Positions 30,622-41,400 of a DNA stretch of 64,000 nt are shown here, one piece after another. Under the pieces are notes generated by a model. That model worked only from the letters and a program-made list of their open reading frames with translations. It was not told the origin of the DNA and did no database searches. Both the position numbers and the translations under genes were made by a program. Positions within the stretch are counted from its first letter, which is position 1. The number at the start of each line of letters is the position of its first letter. This stretch comes from Anaeramoeba ignava BMAN (taxonomy: Eukaryota; Protista; Anaeramoebae): assembly GCA_028826165.1 (NCBI GenBank), contig JAPDFW010000114.1, positions 496,001 through 560,000 on the forward strand, read 5' to 3'.

Positions 30622-32328
30622 ATGAGTCAAAATAATCAAAAAAATCAAAGTGAAAAAGTAATAAATTTTGTTTTTTTTTTTATTTAAATTTTATTCTTTT
30701 AAAAAATTTTATTCTTTTTTAGAAAAAAACAAATGAACAAATTTTGATAGAAAAAGAAAATATGATTTATCAAAAATCTATTCAAAATTCTCAACTTAGA
30801 GAAAAGATAATGCAATGTAATTAAAAACAATAAAAAAAATTTTTTTTGTTCCACTTTTTTTTTTTTTGATTAAAATTTTCTTTTTTATTTTTCTTTAAAA
30901 AAAAAAAAAACCAAAAGTGAAATCTTCTCATTCTCAAGAATTAAATAAAGTAATGATAACAAATTTAAAATATCAAAAAGCTTATTCTCTTCTTCAATTA
31001 GAAATTGAAAAAGAAAAAAGAGAAAATCAACAAAAAGAAAAAACAATTGAAAATCAAATTCAATCAATTCAAAATTTGAATAAAGAAATTAAGAATTTGA
31101 AAGATGAAATTTCAATTCAAAAAGGAAAAAATATAATTCTTGAGGAAAAAATGCGAGAAATTAAAGAAAATCAAAAAGAAAATCAAAATCAAAAAGAAAA
31201 TCAAAATCAAAATCAAATTCAAAATCAAAATCAAAATCAAAATCAAAATCAAAATCAAAATCAAAATCAAAATCAAAATCAAAATCAAAATCAAAATCAA
31301 AATCAAAATCAAAATCAAATTGAAAATCAAAATCAAAATCAAAATCAAAATCAAAATCAAAATCAAAATCAAAATCAAAATCAAAATCAAAATCAAAATC
31401 AAAATTTAAATCAAAATTTAAATGAAAAAAAGTTGTATTTCTTCTCTTCAATTTCAAATCTTTATAATAATTTGTTTAATTCAAATTTGAAAAATGATAT
31501 TCTTTCTTCAAAAAATTTCCCTAATTCTTCAAATTCACAAAAAAATATTCCAAAAATCAAAAAAGAAAAAAGATCAAAATTAAATTCAAATTCAAATTCA
31601 ATTTCAAATTCAAATTCAATTTTAAATTCTAATTCAAATTTAAATTCTAATTCAATTTTAAATTCTAATTCAAATTCAAATTCAAATTCAAATCCAAATT
31701 TAAATTCAAAATCAAAAAGAAGATTAACAATTGATCCAAATAAAACTCTAAAAGAAATTAGACAAAATTCTCAAAAATCTCAAGAAAATGATTTCAATAT
31801 TTCTTCTAAAAATCAAAATTCTTTTCATTCTTTAATTTTTAATTCTCCTAATCAAAAAGAAAAATTTGATCCAAAAAATTCAAAGTAAGAAAGAAAGAAG
31901 AAAAAAATAATTGGTTTTTTTATTCCAAAATTTATTTCCTTTTTTTTCTTTTTTCTTTTTTTAGATATTCTTTGGATTTAATGGAATATGAAAGCCCTTC
32001 TGATTCAATTTCTTTACATTTTTCTCAATTTTCTTTAGAAGATCAAAATTCTAATCTTTCTTCAGAAAAATCAAATTCTTTACAAAATTTGCAAAATGAA
32101 AAATCCAAAAAGAAAAAAGAAAATTTATTGAAAAGTAATAAAACTCCAAAGAGAAGATATCCAAAAAGAAATTCATCAATAAGACTTAATTATAGAGATA
32201 TATCAGATTTTGGAATTGAATTAGCAAAATCAAAAAGAAAATCAACAAGAAAATCATTAAAAAAATCAAGAAGAAAATCAAAAAGAAATTGTGAATCTGA
32301 AAAAGAAAACAAAGATTCAAATTATTAA
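30622..32328 (+). CDS. Coiled-coil/low-complexity protein with basic C-terminus (possibly shugoshin-like); exons 30622-30657, 30723-30816, 30918-31884, 31965-32328
   Basis: Four exons join in frame through GT-AG introns. The product has an N-terminal coiled coil, NQ and NS tracts, and C-terminal RRYPKRNSSIRLNYRDISD followed by a K/R-rich tail. Confidence 0.7.
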
Positions 32329-32455
32329 ATTGATTTTTTTTTTTTTTGCTTTTTTTTTTTGTTGTTTTATTGATGTTATTCTTCTTTTTTAAAAAAGATT
32401 TAAAAAAACAAATTTTTTTTTTTTCATTTTTTTATTTTTTAAAAAGAAAATTAAA

Positions 32456-35400
32456 ATGTGGCAAATTGATTTATTTATTATTAAAAGTTCTTTTGAATTA
32501 CAACCATGTGAGCCTTATTGTCAATTCAAGTTTTTGAATCAAAAATATAGGACAAAAACAGACCATGAAACAAAAAAACCAAGATGGAATCAAGAATTCA
32601 AATTAAAAGGAGAAACTAATAACTTTAAAGAGATTATTTTTAAACTTTACAATGACAACAAGATTGGAAAATCTCAACTCGGATTAACCCAATTTTCACT
32701 TAGAAAAGAATTACAAAAATTGCAAATCAAACCAGAAAATGGAGCAGAATTTGATAAAACTTTCAAACTTGATCTTTATCAACAAAAAACAGTTAAACAC
32801 ATGAGAACAAAAATAATTGGAAATTTGAAAATTCGTGTTATTGGAAATATTCCAAATGGAGCTGAACCATTTAAAATGAGGAGAAATGAAGAAATTTTTG
32901 GTGAAAAACCTCAACAAATTGAAAAAGATAAAATTTCTTTTGAAGTTGCTGTTCTTAAAGGCAAAAATATCTTTTTAACGGAAAAAGAAAGTGAATTATT
33001 AAGCTTAATGGTATGTGTTAAATTTGACAAAAAAGTACTTTTCACGTCTGTTCAGAAAGAAACCGCATTTCCGAAATGGAACCAAAATTTCCACTTTGAA
33101 ACAACAATGAACGAGATTACACCTGAAATTGTTCTTGAGTTGAGATCAAGTGGAGAAAACATTCACACAATCAGCACTTCACTATTTGATTTAATCTCAC
33201 CAAATTTTACCCAAAAAACAGAGTTTGTGATTTTTCGTTGGTTTCCCTTTAACAAAGGCAAGTTGCGTTTTGGGTTCAGAATAAATTTCTCTGAAACAGT
33301 AGACTTTTCCTTTTTACGTCAACTTTGTGGATTGGAACGTTTGGTTCGACAACCGTTATTTGATCCAAATCGAGACCAAAACATATGGGGATTGAGATTG
33401 AAAATTGATTCAGCAACCCTTTCTTCTGCTGATACAGCTTATCGCCAAATGGATTTGTTCTGCAGATTCAAGTTTGAAAACAAATCTTTTAAAACAACAG
33501 CTGAAAATTCAAGAGGTACTTTTTCTTGGCGAGAAAATTTCATGCTTTTGGCGGATTACAAAAAATTCCAGTCATTCAAGATCGAAATTTGCGAAAGAAA
33601 CAAAACAACAAAAGCAACTCAAATTGGCAATGCTTCCATTAAATTGAACTCGTTTTTACAGGAATATATTGGGGAAACAAGAAACGGACAAAGAATCATT
33701 GTTTTTGAGAAAACTGCAAAAATCATTTCTCACACTGACACTCGCAAAACATTAGGCACAGAAATAGGAAGCTTGAAAATGGAGCTCAGAGTTGAGTTTG
33801 CTCAATCCGTTAGTTTCAATTCACTTGCCCAAATTGTTCTTCCAAATGTTTCAATGGAACCAAAATTCATCTTGGAAAATCCTATGGATTTTGGAATAGC
33901 TGTCACTGTTTGTAAAGCAACAGGTTTGCCTTCTGCTGATATTACAGGCTTTTCCGATCCCTTTTGTACTCTTGAATTCCAAGAGCGAAAACCTTATATT
34001 TTAACTCCTCCTTCCAATATCAAAATTGATGGTGATTCAATTAAATCACGAATAAAAACTGAAATCCAAAAAGAAGTTCAAGAAAAAGAACAAGAAAAGG
34101 AAAAATCCAATAAAAAACAAAAAGGAAATATGGCAAAACTTATGAAACAGCGATTGTCTCAAACAAAAAAACAGCTCAAAAAGGAAATCCAAATGCAGAA
34201 AAAACAGGCCAAGCAAAGTAAAAAGGAACAGAAAACAGAACAAAAAAAATCAAACACATTCAAAACAAAAGTTATCAAAAAAACACTGAATCCGACATGG
34301 AACGAAACATTTGAATACAAGGGATCTTTTGACACAATTAAGAAAATGATTATCACAGTTTTTGATTGGGATCGGTTTTCCTCAAACGATTATCTTGGAA
34401 CAGTGAAAATTAATGTGAAAAAACTTTTTAAGGAAAATTTTGTTTTGGATCAAACCGTTTTTTGGAAAAAGAAGAAATACAACGTTCAAGGAATCCTTGA
34501 CACAAAGACTGGTGTTTACAAAAATGCAGGAGAACTGAAATTGAAGTTTCATCTTGAAATTTCTCCTTCTTGTGATGTTAACAAACTTCGGAAAGTTCTT
34601 GGAATTCAAAGGAAAGAACTTACCCGAAGAATTGAAGAACCGGAAACACCAGAAAAATGGGCACTTGCACTCAAATTCAAGCACGCAAACAATCTTGTTG
34701 CTTCTGATATGACAGGATATTCAGATCCTTTCTGCTCTTTTCGTTTATCACCAGAGAAAGAATTCCGCACAAGCATCCAGAAAAAAACACTTTTCCCAAT
34801 TTGGAATGAAACAATCACACACCATGTTTTTCCTGAGCATTGCAAATCAATTGAAATCACAGTTTTTGATTGGGACAGAATTTCCTCAAACGATTATCTT
34901 GGAACAGTGAAAATTCCTCTTTTTAAAACACTGAAGGATCTTTTCCAAGATGGACAATATCTATATCATTCAGGCACTCTTGAATTGCCTGTTCTCGGCA
35001 AAAGAGATCCAAAAAGCGGAACAAAACCTCAACAAGGAACTCTATTTCTTTCATGGAGAGTTGAGATCCCACAAAAAGCAGATTTGCAAGTTATCAAAGA
35101 GCAACTTTCTGTGATTTCAGCTCATCCCACTTACAAAATTTCCACAAACACAAGCAAATGGGCAGCAAAAATTGATATCCGAAAGGCTAGAGGATTGCCT
35201 TCTGGTGATATTGGAGGGTTAAGCGATCCTTTCTGCCAATTTTCTGTTGCAGGAATTGAGTTCAAAACAAACATTATCAAAAACACTTTATATCCTGTTT
35301 GGAACGAGTCTTTCCATCTTATAAACCAAGAACCATTCAATTTGAGAAAGATTATCATCGATGTTTACGATTATGATAAAATGAAGAAAAATACCTTATT

Positions 35401-38400
35401 GGGTCATGCAAAACTTAATTTGGGATTATTAGTCAAAGAGCATTTCCGTCAAAACGAAAGAATATTTGTTTTCCGTCATGTTAAAATTCCAGTTTTCCCG
35501 CCAATAGATAAAAAATCTGGTAAATTGGCAGCACATGGAGAAATTTCTGTTGATATTAGGCTTGAAGCAGCTCAAGATGCCTCGCTATTCCAAATGAAAC
35601 AATTTACAGGAATTGAGAAGCCACCTCCAAGACGCAAACTCCCTATTGTCGATGGAAAAGTTGCTGTTCAATTAACTATTAAAAAGGCAGAGAATTTAAA
35701 AGCTGCCGATATTTCAGGAACAAGTGATCCATTTTGTAAATTCAAGATTGAAGAAAAAGAATATAAAACAGAAGTCGTTAAATCAACTCTTTTTCCTTTT
35801 TGGAACCAAGATTTTCTTTTACATCCAGATTTTAATGAAATTAAAAAACTTAAAATTACGGTTTGGGATTGGGATCGTGTTGGTAAGAATGATCTTTTAG
35901 GAACCACAAAGTTAAATATTGCAGATGATGTGAAACAAGCTTTTAATGATCAATCCAAAATTTACGTTTTTAAAAAGGCACTTCTTTTGTTTTCACAAAT
36001 AGATCCAAAATCAGGTCAAGTTACAAATACAGGAACACTCCATATCCAATTAAGAATTGAATTTCCAGAAAATACAACTATTGAAGAATTAAAACTATTT
36101 TGTGGAATTTTACATCCAAGACTTTCTTATCAACTGTTGAACGATCCAAAAAGAAAAGATAGTAAACCGATTGCAATATCATTAAAAATAAGTAAAGGAA
36201 TGAATTTACCAGTTGGAGATGATTCAGGAACAAGTGATGGATATTGTCAATTCAAAATAGGAGAAAAAGAATTTAAAACCAAAACAATTAAAAATTCATT
36301 ATTTCCAATTTGGAAAGAAACATTTATATTTCATTTAACATTTGAAGAATTATTAAAATCAATCAAAGTTAATGTTTGGGATTGGAATAAAATTGGAAAA
36401 AGTGATTTTCTTGGAGAAGCCAAAATAAGAATATCACAATTAATCAAAAATTTAATAAATCAAAATCAATTAATTTATCAAACTAAATATGAATCACAAA
36501 TAAGACAACCAATTGATCCTAAAACAGGACCTAAACCATATCAAGGTAAAATTAATGGAACAATAAGAATTGAATTTCCAGAAACAACAGAATTTAATCA
36601 GTTAAAACAATCATGTGGATTAATTCCATTTCCATTAAGATATCAATTACCAACTCAAGATAATAAAATATCGATATCATTAAAAATCAGTAGAGGAATG
36701 AATTTACCAGTTGGAGATATTTCAGGAACAAGTGATGGATATTGTCAATTCAAAATAGGAGAAAAAGAATTTAAAACCAAAACAATCAAAAATTCATTAT
36801 TTCCAATTTGGAAAGAAACATTTATATTCCATTTAACATTTGAAGAATTATTAAAATCAATCAAAGTTAATGTTTGGGATTGGAATAAAATTGGGAAAAG
36901 TGATTTTCTTGGAGAAGCCAAAATAAGAATATCAAAATTAATCAAAAATTCAATAAATCAAAATCAATTAATTTACCAAACTAAATATGAATCACAAATT
37001 AGACAAACAATTGATCCTAAAACAGGAAATCAATCATATAAAGGTAAAATTAATGGAACAATAAGAATTGAATTTCCAGAAACAACAGAATTTAATCAAT
37101 TACAAAAATCATGTGGATTGATTCCATTTCCATTAAGATATCAATTACCAACTCAAGATAATAAAATATCAATATCATTAAAAATCAGCAGAGGAATGAA
37201 TTTACCAGTTGGAGATATTTCAGGAACAAGTGATGGATATTGCCAATTTAAAATAGGAGAAAAAGAATTTAAAACCAAAACAATCAAAAATTCATTATTT
37301 CCAATTTGGAAAGAAACATTTATATTTCATTTAACATTTGAAGAATTATTAAAATCAATCAAAGTTAATGTTTGGGATTGGAATAAAATTGGAAAAAGTG
37401 ATTTTCTTGGAGAAGCCAAAATAAGAATATCAAAATTAATTAAAAATTCAATAAATCAAAATCAATTAATTTATCAAATTAAGTATGAATCACAAATTAG
37501 ACAAACAATTGATCCTAAAACAGGAAATCAATCATATAAAGGTAAAATTAATGGAACAATAAGAATTGAATTCCCAGAAACAACAGAATTTAATCAGTTA
37601 AAACAATCATGTGGATTAATTCCATTTCCATTAAGATATCAATTACCAACTCAAGATAATAAAATATCAATATCATTAAAAGTCAGTAGAGGAATGAATT
37701 TACCAGTTGGAGATATTTCAGGAACAAGTGATGGATATTGCCAATTTAAAATAGGAGAAAAAGAATTTAAAACCAAAACAATCAAAAATTCATTATTTCC
37801 AATTTGGAAAGAAACATTTATATTTCATTTAACATTTGAAGAATTATTAAAATCAATAAAAGTTAATGTTTGGGATTGGAATAAAATTGGAAAAAGTGAT
37901 TTTCTTGGAGAAGCCAAAATAAGAATATCAAAATTAATTAAAAATTCAATAAATCAAAATCAATTAATTTATCAAATTAAGTATGAATCACAAATTAGAC
38001 AAACAATTGATCCTAAAACAGGAAATCAATCATATAAAGGTAAAATTAATGGAACAATAAGAATTGAATTTCCAGAAACAACAGAATTTAATCAGTTAAA
38101 ACAATCATGTGGATTAATTCCATTTCCATTAAGATATCAATTACCAACTCAAGATAATAAAATATCAATATCATTAAAAATCAGCAGAGGAATGAATTTA
38201 CCAGTTGGAGATATTTCAGGAACAAGTGATGGATATTGCCAATTCAAAATAAAAGAAAAAGAATTTAAAACCAAAAAAATCAAAAATTCATTATTTCCAA
38301 TTTGGAAAGAAACATTTATATTCCATTTAACATTTGAAGAATTATTAAAATCAATTAGAGTTAATGTTTGGGATTGGAATAAAGTAGGGAAGAATGATTT

Positions 38401-41400
38401 TCTTGGAGAAGCCAAAATAAGAATATCAAAATTAATTAAAAATTTAATAAATCAAAATCAATTAATTTATCAAACTAAATATGAATCACAAATAAGACAA
38501 CCAATTGATCCTAAAACAGGACCTAAACCATATCAAGGTAAAATTAATGGAACAATAAGAATTGAATTTCCAGAAACAACAGAATTTAATCAATTAAAAC
38601 AATCCTGTGGATTAATTGTTGAACCATTAAGATATCAATTACCAACTCAAGATAATAAAATATCAATATCATTAAAAATAAGCAGAGGAATGAATTTACC
38701 AGTTGGAGATATTTCAGGAACAAGTGATGGATATTGCCAATTTAAAATAAGAGAAGAAGAATTTAAAACTAACACAATCAAAAATTCATTATTTCCAATT
38801 TGGAAAGAAATATTTATATTCCATTTAACATTTGAAGAATTATTAAAATCAATAAAAATTAATGTTTGGGATTGGAATAAAATTGGAAAAAGTGATTTTC
38901 TTGGAGAAGCCAAAATAAGAATATCAAAATTAATCAAAAATTTAATAAATCAAAATCAATTAATTTATCAAACTAAATATGAATCACAAATTAGACAACC
39001 AATTGATCCTAAAACAGGAAATCAATCATATAAAGGTAAAATTAATGGAACAATAAGAATTGAATTTCCAGAAACAACAGAATTTAATCAATTACAAAAA
39101 TCGTGTGGATTGATTCCATTTCCATTAAGATATCAATTACCAACTCAAGATAATAAAATATCAATATCATTAAAAATAAGTAGAGGAATGAATTTACCAG
39201 TTGGAGATATTTCAGGAACAAGTGATGGATATTGCCAATTTAAAATAGGAGAAAAAGAATTTAAAACCAAAACAATCAAAAATTCATTATTTCCAATTTG
39301 GAAAGAAACATTTATATTTCATTTAACATTTGAAGAATTATTAAAATCAATAAGAGTTAATGTTTGGGATTGGAATAAAGTAGGGGAAAATGATTTTCTT
39401 GGAGAAGCCAAAATAAGAATATCACAATTAATCAAAAATTTAATAAATCAAAATCAATTAATTTATCAAATTAAATATGAATCACAAATTAGACAACCAA
39501 TTGATCCTAAAACAGGACCTAAACCATATCAAGGTAAAATTAATGGAACAATAAGAATTGAATTTCCAGAAATAACAGAATTTAATCAATTACAAAAATC
39601 CTGTGGATTAATTGTTGAACCATTAAGATATCAATTACCAACTCAAGATAATAAAATATCAATATCATTAAAACTCAGTAGAGGAATGAATTTACCAGTT
39701 GGAGATATTTCAGGAACAAGTGATGGATATTGCCAATTCAAAATAAGAGAAAAAGAATTTAAAACCAAAACAATCAAAAATTCATTATTTCCAATTTGGA
39801 AAGAAACATTTATATTCCATTTAACATTTGAAGAATTATTAAAATCAATAAGAGTTAATGTTTGGGATTGGAATAAAATTGGGAAAAGTGATTTACTTGG
39901 AGAAGCCAAAATAAGAATATCACAATTAATCAAAAATTTAATAAATCAAAATCAATTAATTTATCAAATTAAATATGAATCACAAATTAGACAACCAATT
40001 GATCCTAAAACAGGACCTAAACCATATCAAGGTAAAATTAATGGAACAATAAGAATTGAATTCCCAGAAACAACAGAATTTAATCAGTTAAAAAAATCCT
40101 GTGGATTAATTGTTGAACCATTAAGATATCAATTACCAACTCAAGATAATAAAATATCAATATCATTAAAAATAAGCAGAGGAATGAATTTACCAGTTGG
40201 AGATATTTCAGGAACAAGTGATGGATATTGCCAATTTAAAATAAGAGAAGAAGAATTTAAAACCAAAACAATCAAAAATTCATTATTTCCAATTTGGAAA
40301 GAAACATTTATATTTCATTTAACATTTGAAGAATTATTAAAATCAATCAGAATTAATGTTTGGGATTGGGATAAAGTAGGAAAGAATGATTTACTTGGAG
40401 AAGCCAAAATAAGAATATCACAATTAATCAAAAATTTAATAAATCAAAATCAATTAATTTATCAAATTAAATATGAATCACAAATTAGACAAACAATCGA
40501 TCCTAAAACAGGACCTAAACCATATCAAGGTAAAATTAATGGAACAATAAGAATTGAATTTCCAGAAATAACAGAATTTAATCAGTTACAAAAATCTTGT
40601 GGATTAATTGTTGAACCATTAAGATATCAATTACCAACTCAAGATAATAAAATATCAATATCATTAAAAATAAGTAGAGGAATGAATTTACCAGTTGGAG
40701 ATGATACAGGAACAAGTGATGGATATTGCCAATTCAAAATAAGAGAAAAAGAATTTAAAACCAAAACAATCAAAAATTCATTATTTCCAATTTGGAAAGA
40801 AACATTTATATTTCATTTAACATTTGAAGAATTATTAAAATCAATCAGAATTAATGTTTGGGATTGGAATAAAGTAGGGGAGAATGATTTACTTGGAGAA
40901 GCCAAAATAAGAATATCACAATTAATCAAAAATTTAATAAATCAAAATCAATTAATTTACCAAATTAAATATGAATCACAAATAAGACAAACAATTGATC
41001 CTAAAACAGGACCTAAACCATATCAAGGTAAAATTAATGGAACAATAAGAATTGAATTTCCAGAAATAACAGAATTTAATCAGTTACAAAAATCTTGTGG
41101 ATTAATTGTTGAACCATTAAGATATCAATTACCAACTCAAGATAATAAAATATCAATATCATTAAAAATAAGCAGAGGAATGAATTTACCAGTTGGAGAT
41201 GATACAGGAACAAGTGATGGATATTGCCAATTTAAAATAAGAGAAAAAGAATTTAAAACTAAAACAATCAAAAATTCATTATTTCCAATTTGGAAAGAAA
41301 CATTTATATTTCATTTAACATTTGAAGAATTATTAAAATCAATCAGAATTAATGTTTGGGATTGGGATAAAGTAGGAAAGAATGATTTACTTGGAGAAGC

